Shown here one piece after another: positions 1 to 9,607 of a stretch of 28,538 bases of DNA. The translations under genes were made by a program, and so were the position numbers. Within the stretch, counting starts at the first letter, position 1; the number at the start of each line of letters is the position of its first letter. The DNA comes from Candidatus Heimdallarchaeota archaeon (GTDB taxonomy: Archaea; Asgardarchaeota; Wukongarchaeia; Wukongarchaeales; JBHIFL01). Location: assembly GCA_046761065.1 (NCBI GenBank), contig JBHIFL010000052.1, positions 1 to 28,538 on the forward strand, read 5' to 3'. Below the pieces are notes generated by a model. The model was not told the origin of the DNA and ran no database searches. It worked only from the letters and a program-made list of their open reading frames with translations.

Positions 1-121
1 CGCGAATTCGCCTGAAGCGACTTTACCCATCATACTCCGGGTAACAGAGTACTAGCTTTCGGATCCAACTGTGGGTATTATTCCTTTTATAACAAGCTAC
101 CCCGCCCTATGTGACACATCC

Positions 122-308
122 CTCTACCTGGTAGACTACCAGATCATCTGCGCCATTGATACCAACTCTCGGAAGAATCAAACAAATATTGCATAAAGAA
201 CTAGTGGTTCCCGCGACGTCTATAAGACGTTGGCTTTCAAGAATGATCGAAAAGGGCTTAATTGAACTTTCCTTGAAGATTTACCCTGATGTTAGTTTTT
301 GTATCTAA
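122..308 (+). pseudogene. Frameshifted Lrp/AsnC-type winged-HTH regulator remnant
   Basis: Manual translation: 122-193 LYLVDYQIICAIDTNSRKNQTNIA, one extra base at 194, then 195-308 KELVVPATSIRRWLSRMIEKGLIELSLKIYPDVSFCI*. The joined sequence fits the AsnC HTH pattern (D..I...L..nsR.....IAkelgv...tvrrRl.rm.e.GlI). Upstream frames contain stops. Confidence 0.6.
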
Positions 309-356
309 AAAGGAAAATCGACCAGAAAGGAGTTCAGGCACAGATAGATAAGAACT

Positions 357-374
357 TCAAGAAAAAAAGAAAAT
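357..374 (-). terminator. Archaeal T-rich terminator for the ABC/small-ORF transcript
   Basis: Minus strand reads TTTTCTTTTTTTCTTG shortly after the small-ORF stop. Confidence 0.4.
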
Positions 375-399
375 TTATCAGGGGAGGTTAACCTTGCGC

Positions 400-513
400 T
401 TATACTGCTTCGGTAGTCTGTGCTCTTCTCTTGACGATATAAGTTTCTTTATACTCAAATTTTTTCGCGTTCTCCTTTAGGGCCAGAATATTGATTTGCT
501 CAGGATCTTTCAT
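400..513 (-). CDS. Small hypothetical protein, 37 aa (MKDPEQINILALKENAKKFEYKETYIVKRRAQTTEAV)
   Basis: Below the ORF-track cutoff. ATG at 513 has GGTG a few nt upstream; TAA at 400-402 is followed by a T-rich tract on the minus strand. Co-oriented downstream of the ABC permease. Confidence 0.4.
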   Translation of the reverse strand: MKDPEQINILALKENAKKFEYKETYIVKRRAQTTEAV

Positions 514-571
514 CGTTACACCTTATGTTTTGATCACTTTGAACTTGGTTTTTTCTTCTGAATTTACTGAC

Positions 572-1372
572 TTAGTCTTGCAGGGTTCTCTTAAATAACT
601 GAAGGCCGACCAGCAAAAATGTAAGGGCAAACCCGAGCATGATCGGGATACTCCAACCTACCGCGATTCCCGTATCTATGATCCCTGAACTCATATAATC
701 CGTAAGTTCTATTGTTGCCTTGAACCCTTTCCCCCATAATCCAATGTCAATAGCGAATTGCCGGGCCCAGAAGACTGGATTTCCATAAATGATTGGACTA
801 TTGATGGGAACAAAACTCCCACTCAAAAAAACGATCGGTAAAATGACGATCATGGGTATTTGCCCGGCCAACTTCGGACTCAGCGTAGCAGCTAAGATCA
901 GCCCAATTCCAATGCATACTAACGCAAGTAAGAGGTACATGCCTAAGTTAATGACTAACGCTCCAACACTTGCGACGAAAACTCCAAGTACAAGGAAAGC
1001 TATGGTGTAGACGATCAATAACTGTATACCAATGATTAGAACCTCTGATAGAATAAACCCCGTGAATATTGCATGGGTCCCGCCGACGGGCGTTGTCAAC
1101 AGCCGTTTTAATGTTCGTTCCTTTTCTTGCGAAAACGCTACTGAGGCGCTTTGAGCTGCAAAGGCGGTCGTAAATCCAAGGAGCCCCCAAATAAAGACAT
1201 CAAACATACTAAATTCGGAATCTACACCGAATGGTAGATTTCTAAACATAATCCAGAAGATAAGGACAAACATCACTGGAAAACCGAACATAAAACTGAA
1301 CTGTTCTATGTCTCGAAAACGGAATTTCACGTTTTTTAGAGTAATCACCCAAATTTCTCTCATAGCGCTCAC
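572..1372 (-). CDS. ABC-2 type exporter permease
   Basis: About six TM segments and an ABC-2 motif EKERTLKRLLTTP ... FLSGSFVP. Overlaps the ATPase stop by 4 nt. Confidence 0.9.
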   Translation of the reverse strand: MSAMREIWVITLKNVKFRFRDIEQFSFMFGFPVMFVLIFWIMFRNLPFGVDSEFSMFDVFIWGLLGFTTAFAAQSASVAFSQEKERTLKRLLTTPVGGTHAIFTGFILSEVLIIGIQLLIVYTIAFLVLGVFVASVGALVINLGMYLLLALVCIGIGLILAATLSPKLAGQIPMIVILPIVFLSGSFVPINSPIIYGNPVFWARQFAIDIGLWGKGFKATIELTDYMSSGIIDTGIAVGWSIPIMLGFALTFLLVGLQLFKRTLQD

Positions 1373-2337
1373 TCTCTTAAGGCTCTGCCAGTTAATACTA
1401 AAAAGACGTCTTCTAGGGTATTCCCATGGATATTCAGATTCTCTAACGACTGCAATTTGTTGGGGAGAAGTGCTTCAATTTCCAGAAGCCTTTGGACTCC
1501 TCCCGTCGCCGAAATAACCATCCGGTCTGCGCTTAAAATTTGGACTTTCTTGATGTAGGAGCCGAGAGCTTCTACTTTTTGCTTCAACTCATTCAAGTCG
1601 AGGGGTTCCTTGAATTTCAAATCAAAGAACTCCCCCTCTCCGATATTTGCGCGAAGAGCTTGGGGGGATCCGTCGGCAATGATTTGCCCATGATCAATGA
1701 TATATATCCGGTCACTGAGTTCTTCGGCTTCGTGCATATTATGAGTTGTGAGTATAATTGTTTTCCCCTGGTCTCGGAGCTCTCTGATAAAATCCCAGGT
1801 CACTCGGGCCGCTTGTGGATCAAGACCCGCTGAAGGTTCATCTAAAAATATTATCTCCGGATCCATAACGAGCGCCATCATAAGATTCAACCGTCGCTTC
1901 AAACCTCCACTCAAGGTGGAACTTCGGGCAGTTATCTTATTTTGCAATCCTAACTTCGTAAATAAAAAGTCTATTTGTTGTGTAATTTTCTCTTTGGGAA
2001 GTTGATGCATTTCCGCGAAGAATTCACAATTTTCTCGAGCTGAAAGATAATCATACAAAATTAGTTCCTGGGGGCACACTCCAATCCGTTTACGTGCTTC
2101 TTGAGGCTCTTTGATGATACTATGGCCTTCAATAAATGCATCCCCACTGGTGGGCTTGAGAATAGTACTGAGCATAGAAATAGTAGTTGTCTTCCCCGCC
2201 CCATTCGGGCCCAGAAAACCTACAAGTTCACCTTGATGCACGTGAATATTGAGCTCATCTACGGCGGTTAAATCCCCGAATTGCTTTGTTAAGTGTGAAG
2301 TTTCTATAATTTTTTCTTTCATATTGTTTACATCCAT
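1369..2337 (-). CDS. ABC exporter ATP-binding protein (DrrA/CcmA-like multidrug type)
   Basis: Walker A GPNGAGKT, signature LSGGLKRR, Walker B IIFLDEP, H-loop LTTH, C-terminal TLEDVFLVLTG. Confidence 0.95.
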   Translation of the reverse strand: MDVNNMKEKIIETSHLTKQFGDLTAVDELNIHVHQGELVGFLGPNGAGKTTTISMLSTILKPTSGDAFIEGHSIIKEPQEARKRIGVCPQELILYDYLSARENCEFFAEMHQLPKEKITQQIDFLFTKLGLQNKITARSSTLSGGLKRRLNLMMALVMDPEIIFLDEPSAGLDPQAARVTWDFIRELRDQGKTIILTTHNMHEAEELSDRIYIIDHGQIIADGSPQALRANIGEGEFFDLKFKEPLDLNELKQKVEALGSYIKKVQILSADRMVISATGGVQRLLEIEALLPNKLQSLENLNIHGNTLEDVFLVLTGRALRE

Positions 2338-2406
2338 TTTTAGGAGACAGGTTTGTGATTAACTTTACAACTTATAATTTTATGTTAATTTGTTGGGAGA
2401 AATAAT

Positions 2407-2422
2407 GTGAGAATTTTCTCAC
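2407..2422. promoter_or_regulatory. Palindrome GTGAGAA-TT-TTCTCAC (candidate operator or terminator hairpin)
   Basis: Perfect 7-bp inverted repeat between the nuoN stop and the ABC ATPase start. It follows a pyrimidine-rich tract (2426-2454, minus strand). Confidence 0.35.
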
Positions 2423-2454
2423 CGAATACAAGAAAAGGGAGAGAGAATAAGGAA

Positions 2455-3942
2455 TCAGCCGAGGTTGAACGTATCCGCTGCAGTCGCTATGAAATCCAAT
2501 ATCTGACCGGAGAAAATGCCCATTGCTACCAGTAACACGGCAGCAATCACAATAATAACTAGTGGTGCCTTCAATTCGACTAGCTTTGTGTCATCTGTTG
2601 GATCCTCGAGATAAACATACTTCAAGATGTTCAGATAGTACCCTAGAGAGAACACACTGTTGAGGATGGCAACCAAGGCCAGCCAAACTAGGTCTGCCTC
2701 CACAGCCCCCAAAAACAGGACAAATTTGCTGAAAAACCCAGCAGTTGGGGGTACTCCACCCAATGAAATTATGGCTACGGTAAACGCCGCCGAGGTGAGC
2801 GGGGCTCGCTTCCACAGCCCAGCAATATCCTCATATTCCACATTCGTTTTTCCGAGGGAAACAGCCACCATCGTGATGGCAATGAACGCGGCGGTCTTCA
2901 TCACGGCATGTACTAAGGCGTGAAAAATTGCTCCCGTCGCGCCTACCTCGTTTGCGGCTGCCACACCTACGAGCAGATATCCCATCATTGCAATCGAACT
3001 GTAAGCTAGCAGCCGCGCCAAGTTTCGTTGTGTGAGGGCTAAAAAGTTCCCTAGGAACATGGTTATCACTGCTAAAACAATGACCACCCACGTCCAATCT
3101 GCCCTCATAAAAACAAACGCGACTAACAAGATTCGCAATAATGCTGAAACGCCTGCTTTTTTCGTACCACCCGCCAAATAGGCGGCGACGGTCCCTTCGG
3201 CCCCATGATAGCAGTCTGGGATCCACATGTGGAACGGAACAACACCAATCTTGAAGCCAAAGGCCACAATAAAGAGGATAAGAGCCAATAACACAACTGG
3301 TCGCATCTCTTGAGTGATTCCAGTTTCTACAAAACGGGCAACCTCAACTATACTGGTGACCCCGCTTATTCCATAGGTCAAGGCGATGGCAAACACCAGC
3401 AACATACTAGAGAGCAAGCCCAGCACCAGATACTTGCTTGCTCCCTCTACTGCCTCCTTTTTTCGGCCAATAGCAGCCAAGACATAGGTGGGAAAACTCA
3501 TGAGTTCCCATGCCACAAACAAGGTGACAAGATCACCCGCTAGAACAACCATAATTGCTCCTGCAATAGAGATCAAGAACAATGAAATATACTCTGTTTG
3601 CTCTTCAGGGAAGAGCGTACTTGAGACCAGGACAAATATAGCTACTAGGAGAATTATAATTGCAAAAATGATCGAAAAGGCATCAAACACCAGCAAGCCA
3701 CCATATGTCTCAACCCGGGCATCAAATGTGACCAGTACGACAAAAAGGAAGGCTGAGATAATGGAACCAAGTACACCCAGGATCAAGGTAGTCGTCTTCC
3801 CACGGAACGGGAGAACCAGCACTGCGAATACAGCTAACGTGATTACAGGTAACAACAAGGCTAAGTCTTGTGAACCTACAACTTCATAAATCGCATCAGC
3901 CAGTGGTTTAAGCACATCTAGCATTCTTATTTCCTCCGTCAA
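2455..3942 (-). CDS. nuoN: Complex I-like oxidoreductase subunit N (antiporter-like)
   Basis: About 14 TM helices; WELMS (TM5 Glu), GFKIGVVPFHMWIPD, RLLAYSSIA, PPTAGFFSKF; last gene of the operon. Confidence 0.92.
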   Translation of the reverse strand: MTEEIRMLDVLKPLADAIYEVVGSQDLALLLPVITLAVFAVLVLPFRGKTTTLILGVLGSIISAFLFVVLVTFDARVETYGGLLVFDAFSIIFAIIILLVAIFVLVSSTLFPEEQTEYISLFLISIAGAIMVVLAGDLVTLFVAWELMSFPTYVLAAIGRKKEAVEGASKYLVLGLLSSMLLVFAIALTYGISGVTSIVEVARFVETGITQEMRPVVLLALILFIVAFGFKIGVVPFHMWIPDCYHGAEGTVAAYLAGGTKKAGVSALLRILLVAFVFMRADWTWVVIVLAVITMFLGNFLALTQRNLARLLAYSSIAMMGYLLVGVAAANEVGATGAIFHALVHAVMKTAAFIAITMVAVSLGKTNVEYEDIAGLWKRAPLTSAAFTVAIISLGGVPPTAGFFSKFVLFLGAVEADLVWLALVAILNSVFSLGYYLNILKYVYLEDPTDDTKLVELKAPLVIIVIAAVLLVAMGIFSGQILDFIATAADTFNLG

Positions 3943-5453
3943 ACGACTGTATTAGTTATCTGATGTACCACCGCCCAGACCATGTCTAGGAGCAGCCTTG
4001 GATATATCCCCAAGATAACAATCGGAGCTAAAAGGATGAAACTGGGAACCATCTCAAATCGGGTGATGTCCCGTGCCTCAATGGTCTGTTCGGAAAAAGC
4101 AATCCTGTTCAAAATCCAGATGAAATACCCAGCTGTCATAACAACTCCAGCCACGACAACACCAGTCCACCATAGGACAGGCTCCACAGAGGACGAAAAC
4201 GCCCCGAATATGACCAAGGCTTCCGCAATGAACCCCGAGAATCCGGGTAAGCCAAAACCTGCGAAGGAAGCTAGGATCAAAAGATAAGTTAACCGCGGGG
4301 TCCGTTCCAACATGCCAGTGAGTTTAGGAATATCCCTTGTCCCATAACCTCCAGTCGTGCTGTGCCCCATCAACCCTGCTAAACAGAAGAGGACACTTAT
4401 TATTACTCCATGCGAGAACATCTGATAGATGGCACCACTTATACCGAACTCCGTGCTGACAGCGACCCCTAAAAGCACGAAACTCATGTGGTTGATGCTG
4501 GTATACGCCACAAGGCGCTTAAAATCGACTTGGGCCATTGCGGTGAGTGCTGCATAGAAAAGAGTGAATACCGCGATAGCAGCAAATATCCACCGCATCT
4601 CATACCATCCTCGTGGGAGCAGCCACGGCCCCCCTCGGATAAAGAGATATCCACCCATCTTTAGGAGGATTCCAGCTAGGACCATGGACATCGGGCTAGG
4701 TGCGCGGACATGCGCGTCAGGTAACCAATTATGCAATGGGAAGACAGGGAGCTTGACCCCTGCACCCATAAAAATTGCAAGAGTTACCCAAATTTGTGTT
4801 TGAGTTGGGAAGGCAAAATCTCGTAACTCAAGCATGTTAAATGTCCCAGCGTAAGAATACATCACAAGGAAGCCGATAAACATGATCGCGGAGCCTAAAT
4901 GCGTATAGATGAAAAATTTGATCGCCGCGTAGGTCTTATCCAATTCACCCCAGCGACCTATTAAGAAGAACATGGGGATCAGTACAAGCTCCCAAAAGAC
5001 AAACAAAGCTAGTAAGTCAAATGTTATGAACACGCCTAGAAGACCCGTCTCCATTAAGAGGACAAACCCAAAATAGGCGCCTTCATCCCCATAGACTTGG
5101 GCGGGTGTGGAAGCCAGGGTGGCACACATGACCACGAGGGCGGCTAGGAGGACCATAACGGCACTAAGGGTATCAACGCCAAGAAGAAATGTCATCCCAA
5201 ATCGAGGAGCCCATTCAATTTCGGTCTGAAACTGTATAGCTGTACTGCTCCGATCCACAGTGAACACTAACGCCAGAGAAAGTAAGAAGACGAGTATGGT
5301 TACAATAACCGAAAAGACCATCGGCGCCTGTTTGTGGGCTTTACCCAGAGCATATGTAATTGGTGTTGCAATGAGTGGAATCAAAAGCAAGGCAGGCAGT
5401 ACATCAATAGGTAATGCGTTAATTAACGAACTACTTAGACTACTTAGATCCAT
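3939..5453 (-). CDS. nuoM: Complex I-like subunit M (M1)
   Basis: FWELVLIPMFFLIG, VKLPVFPLHNWLPDAH, LLKMGGY, LPGFSGFIAE; located between L and N. Confidence 0.93.
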   Translation of the reverse strand: MDLSSLSSSLINALPIDVLPALLLIPLIATPITYALGKAHKQAPMVFSVIVTILVFLLSLALVFTVDRSSTAIQFQTEIEWAPRFGMTFLLGVDTLSAVMVLLAALVVMCATLASTPAQVYGDEGAYFGFVLLMETGLLGVFITFDLLALFVFWELVLIPMFFLIGRWGELDKTYAAIKFFIYTHLGSAIMFIGFLVMYSYAGTFNMLELRDFAFPTQTQIWVTLAIFMGAGVKLPVFPLHNWLPDAHVRAPSPMSMVLAGILLKMGGYLFIRGGPWLLPRGWYEMRWIFAAIAVFTLFYAALTAMAQVDFKRLVAYTSINHMSFVLLGVAVSTEFGISGAIYQMFSHGVIISVLFCLAGLMGHSTTGGYGTRDIPKLTGMLERTPRLTYLLILASFAGFGLPGFSGFIAEALVIFGAFSSSVEPVLWWTGVVVAGVVMTAGYFIWILNRIAFSEQTIEARDITRFEMVPSFILLAPIVILGIYPRLLLDMVWAVVHQITNTVV

Positions 5454-7517
5454 CTAGATTACCCCCTGACTCACTAATAGGGTTAGAATGAGCATAGCAA
5501 GACCAAAGAGGAACACGAACGCGTAGTCGGAGATTCTTCCGGTCTGGACTGGCTTTGCCTCATCAGATACGAACACGCCGCTATCTTTGATTCCATCGGC
5601 TAGCCCATCAACCACATGTTCATCGGTCCAGCGCACCCCAATCGAACCACGTCGGATGACTTCGGCTATGCCTACATTGATGCCCTCAAGCACGGCCAAA
5701 TCAAATTTCTTAAACAACCCGCGACAGAACCATAGAAATCCAGCAAGCAGTTTCAAGTACAATGCATTGATATACCATCGATTTTCAAAGAATCGATGAA
5801 GGGCTCTCAGAACAATATTCCCATCCACTAGAGAAACGCGATCAATTCTTTGCCGGATGTAGAGGAGATAGGATGGTACACCCCCGACAATCAACGCTCC
5901 GAGAGTGATCAAAGAAGGTGTTGATGCTTTCGAGACGATCATTTCGTTAAAAGTGATTCCTTCTGCTTCAAGTAGAAGATGACTTAAGGCAGGTCCAATT
6001 CCCATCGCGATCACAGAAAAACCCGCGAGACAGAATAAAGGAACCATCATGGGCAACCCAGGGTCGGCTACATGCCCTCCTGCCTCCTCATGGCGCTTAA
6101 GATTCTCGCTCTTGGGACCAAAGAACGACAATCCGATGATGCGTAAGGAGTAAAAAATCGTTATTGCGGCTGTAGCCACGGCAAGGCCAAATAGTAACAT
6201 CCCGATTGGCTCTTCATGACTTAGGTCCCAAGTGTATTCAATGATTGAGTCCTTACTCCAGTAACCGCTGAAGGGAGGGACCCCTGATAGCGCTAGGGCG
6301 CCAATCAACATCACGGCAAAGGTTTTTGGTAATTGTTTCCGCAATCCCCCAAGGTCGAACAGTTCCTTGACATACCTCCCATGATAAGGATCGTCACCGG
6401 CTGCGTGGAGGACCGCGCCGGCGGAGAGGAATAACAAGGCTTTGAAAGCCGCATGGTTGACCCAGTGGTAAACAGCTGAGAAATAGGCCATCTCGTAGTG
6501 ATGCGCTAAGAGACCTGCGGTTCCAAGTCCCATGAGCATGTACGCTAATTGGCTGCACGTACTAAAGGCCAATACTTGCTTCAGTTCTCGGGCTGCCGTG
6601 CCCATTGTCCCGGTCACAAAGGCCGTGATCCCTCCAATCACCGCAATGACGAGGAAGAGCGCTTTCAACGTGACTTCCGCATGGAATAATAAAAATAACC
6701 GAGATGAAAGATAAATCCCCGCTTTCACCATTGCGGCTCCGTGAATGATACTGGATACGGTTGCGGGGCCTGCCATCGCTTCTGGCAACCACACCTGGAG
6801 GGGGAATTGAGCAGATTTCCCAATCGCTCCGATAAACATGAAGATGAGAGCTGGGAGAAGCAACACACTACGAGCAATCTCTGTCACTAGGGCGTGGTGA
6901 TGGGCAGCTAGTTCTGTGAGGCTAAGGGTGCCTGCCAAGTGATAAAGGATCATCAGGCCTGCGAGAAGAAAGGCATCACCAATTCGCGTGACGATGAAGG
7001 CCTTAGTACCAGAGGCAGTGTTATATTGTTCGTCTTCTAGCCCTTTCCCCTCTTTCCAGAAGCCAATAAGCGTATATGAACAGATACCCATAACTTCCCA
7101 GCCGATAAATGCGGACAAAAGGCTATCAGACATAACCAAAAGTTGCATACCACCAATGAAAAGGAGCATCAGGAAGTAATACCGATCGAGATCGCCCTTA
7201 TCTCCCCCATGCTCCATGTACTCAATCGAATAGGTGACAATGAATAAACCAAGGATACTGACTAGAAAGGTGATGACGACCGAGAGGGGATCCCGTATCA
7301 CCCCAAAGTTGATCTCTAATTCAGGGATCCATGTCCAGAACTCAGTGTCACCGGTTCCGACGAGAAGTGAAAGAAACGCTAAGATAGCAGAGAGGCCAGC
7401 GATAGCCACAGCATACCAACTTCGCACTTTCTCCCCGACTCTGGATACGAACGGAATGAACAAGGCGCCAATGAAGTTGATCATGAAAATCATGAATTCA
7501 GGTATTCCGTAGATCAT
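5454..7517 (-). CDS. nuoL: Complex I-like subunit L with lengthened lateral helix
   Basis: GWEVMGICSYTLIGFW, GKSAQFPLQVWLPEAMAGPATVS, NHAAFKALLFL, GYWSKD, C-terminal VQTG..DY plus a final TM; 687 aa. Confidence 0.93.
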   Translation of the reverse strand: MIYGIPEFMIFMINFIGALFIPFVSRVGEKVRSWYAVAIAGLSAILAFLSLLVGTGDTEFWTWIPELEINFGVIRDPLSVVITFLVSILGLFIVTYSIEYMEHGGDKGDLDRYYFLMLLFIGGMQLLVMSDSLLSAFIGWEVMGICSYTLIGFWKEGKGLEDEQYNTASGTKAFIVTRIGDAFLLAGLMILYHLAGTLSLTELAAHHHALVTEIARSVLLLPALIFMFIGAIGKSAQFPLQVWLPEAMAGPATVSSIIHGAAMVKAGIYLSSRLFLLFHAEVTLKALFLVIAVIGGITAFVTGTMGTAARELKQVLAFSTCSQLAYMLMGLGTAGLLAHHYEMAYFSAVYHWVNHAAFKALLFLSAGAVLHAAGDDPYHGRYVKELFDLGGLRKQLPKTFAVMLIGALALSGVPPFSGYWSKDSIIEYTWDLSHEEPIGMLLFGLAVATAAITIFYSLRIIGLSFFGPKSENLKRHEEAGGHVADPGLPMMVPLFCLAGFSVIAMGIGPALSHLLLEAEGITFNEMIVSKASTPSLITLGALIVGGVPSYLLYIRQRIDRVSLVDGNIVLRALHRFFENRWYINALYLKLLAGFLWFCRGLFKKFDLAVLEGINVGIAEVIRRGSIGVRWTDEHVVDGLADGIKDSGVFVSDEAKPVQTGRISDYAFVFLFGLAMLILTLLVSQGVI

Positions 7518-7529
7518 TTTTCATTTCTC

Positions 7530-9014
7530 CTAACTCAAGAAAGCCGCAACAAAATCCGCTGCCGGCACGATCACGCGGTGTACGAAACTCGGCCAGATAC
7601 CAAGAATCACGATAACTGCGGCTAGGATTGTCAGCGGGATGACCATGGACTTTAATCCCTCTTCCGTTTCTTCGAGGTGTTCTGGTAAAGGACCCAGGAA
7701 GACTTTCCATAGCAATCGGAGCATGTAGCCTGCACTCACAATTGTGGATAAAACCGCGGCTAAGGTCAGAACGGTGAAGCCGGCTTCGAAGCCACCCCGA
7801 AAGATCAACCACTCACTTTGAAAACCGAAGAGCGGCGGTGCTCCGGCTATGGATAGAGCCCCAATAAATGCAGCCGTCGCAGTGTATGGCATCTTGCTAG
7901 AGAGGCCTCCAAGTCGGTTAAGATCCCGGAAGCCAGTTTCGTGCATAACAACCCCTGCCATGCCGAAGAGAAGCCCCTTCCCACAGGTATGGGCGATGAT
8001 ATGTGTTAAACTTCCTGCAAACCCCGAGAATGTCGCAACAGAGAGCCCAAAGAATATGTAACCCATCTGTGAGACCGATGAATAGGCCAACAGCCGTTTC
8101 AGATCGGTCTGGACTAAGGCCATAATCCCCCCATACCACATCGTAGCGACGCCCATAATTGCAAGGCTCTGGGAGTACCAGGCAAGGGGTTTGTTAAAAA
8201 AGATTCCTCCGAACCGTAAAAATGCGTATGCCCCAGTTTCGATCATCACCCCTGAGAGCAACATCGAAATTGGAGTGGGCGCCTCGGCATGCGCATCTGG
8301 GAGCCATGTGTGAACCGGAAAAACCGCCATCTTTACAGCGAAGCCAACAGTTAACAAAAGGAAGATCATTCGTAGCATTTGCGCCGTTGGCGTCGCGGCA
8401 GTCAGCGCTTGGGCCAAGAATCGCATGTCAAAGGTTCCTGCGAGATCATACGTGAGAGCAAACCCGATAATAATTAGCACTGCGCCAGCGTGTGTAAACA
8501 AGAAATATTTCATAGAGATCCGCTTTGCCTGTTCAGGAGTCCCCCAGTAGAGGATTAAGAAGTATGAGGGAACTAACATGATCTCCCAAAAGATGTAGAA
8601 TTCTACCAAGTTCGTAGCCAAACAGACGCCTAACATGCCACCAATGAATGTCACTTGATTTGCCCAATACGCGGGCTTGGAGTGTTCGTGGGTGACATAC
8701 CCAAAGGCATAGATCGTCGCGAGAACCCCCAAAAGTACGACTGCAAAGGTGATGGGGTAACTCACCAAATCAAGCCGAAATCCAATAGGACCGAGGGTAT
8801 CAGACCATGCATAAGTTTCTAGCACTTCTTTGCCCTCGTTTACATCAGGGAAGTTCGTTAAGATCAGCGCTGCCGCACCTAATACAAGAATAATTGCAAT
8901 GAACCCCGCGTAGTCTGTCTCACGGTCAAGCACGCCTTTAAACACGTAAATTAGGGAGCCTCCAATCAATAGGATTCCTAGAGCAAGCATCATGGAGTTC
9001 GCGATTATTGCCAT
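7530..9014 (-). CDS. nuoM: Second NuoM-like antiporter subunit (M2)
   Basis: FWEIMLVPSYFLI, VKMAVFPVHTWLPDAHAEAPTPIS, DLKRLLAYSSVSQMG, GFQSEW. At 494 aa it lacks the NuoL C-terminal helix. Confidence 0.85.
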   Translation of the reverse strand: MAIIANSMMLALGILLIGGSLIYVFKGVLDRETDYAGFIAIILVLGAAALILTNFPDVNEGKEVLETYAWSDTLGPIGFRLDLVSYPITFAVVLLGVLATIYAFGYVTHEHSKPAYWANQVTFIGGMLGVCLATNLVEFYIFWEIMLVPSYFLILYWGTPEQAKRISMKYFLFTHAGAVLIIIGFALTYDLAGTFDMRFLAQALTAATPTAQMLRMIFLLLTVGFAVKMAVFPVHTWLPDAHAEAPTPISMLLSGVMIETGAYAFLRFGGIFFNKPLAWYSQSLAIMGVATMWYGGIMALVQTDLKRLLAYSSVSQMGYIFFGLSVATFSGFAGSLTHIIAHTCGKGLLFGMAGVVMHETGFRDLNRLGGLSSKMPYTATAAFIGALSIAGAPPLFGFQSEWLIFRGGFEAGFTVLTLAAVLSTIVSAGYMLRLLWKVFLGPLPEHLEETEEGLKSMVIPLTILAAVIVILGIWPSFVHRVIVPAADFVAAFLS

Positions 9015-9047
9015 TTATTACACCCCAGGGTTCTCTCTTTCATCCTC

Positions 9048-9578
9048 TTAGAGAGCGAAATCCTCTTTTGAGCGCCATTTAACTTTCTCACGCGTTGAAC
9101 GGTGAATCAATCCTTGTTCCAAGGCTTCCTGAAATTCTTTGGGAAGCTCTTCTTTGTGAACTCGCAGGAATTCGAGAGTCTTCGGATCGACTGCTTCTAA
9201 GGCCTTTTCGTCCATTTTGAGCGCATCGAAGGAATAAACCGACAAATCGTAATCGGGAAGATGGAACAGGGATCCTGTCGGGCACTCATCGACGCAGTAG
9301 CCACAATAAATGCAGCGACTGTAGTTGATAACGATATGGGAGTCTTCTTTCGGCTTTTTTCGATGGACTGTAATAGCTACATTTGGACAGACCCGAGCAC
9401 AACGCCCACACCCAATACAAGTACCAGTTGGCCCACCTAAGTGCAGATGTCTCCCTCGTGCCCGTAAAGGCAACACCCGCTTCTCGCGGGGGTATAGGAC
9501 TGTCCATGGTCTGCGAATTGCCTGACGAAGGACCTTTACCGCAATACTTGGGATTTCACCAATCGTTTTTAGTCGCAT
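9048..9578 (-). CDS. nuoI: Complex I-like subunit I, 2x[4Fe-4S]
   Basis: TVLYPREK...RGRH, CIGCGRCARVCP and CIYCGYCVDECP. Confidence 0.93.
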   Translation of the reverse strand: MRLKTIGEIPSIAVKVLRQAIRRPWTVLYPREKRVLPLRARGRHLHLGGPTGTCIGCGRCARVCPNVAITVHRKKPKEDSHIVINYSRCIYCGYCVDECPTGSLFHLPDYDLSVYSFDALKMDEKALEAVDPKTLEFLRVHKEELPKEFQEALEQGLIHRSTREKVKWRSKEDFAL

Positions 9579-9607
9579 TTTCTCAACGCCTCACTTTTCT
9601 GTACGGC

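Noticed and set aside
128-142. Inverted repeat CTGGTAG-A-CTACCAG as a riboswitch or ncRNA
   Set aside because: No recognisable RNA family motif, and it lies inside the AsnC-like reading frame.
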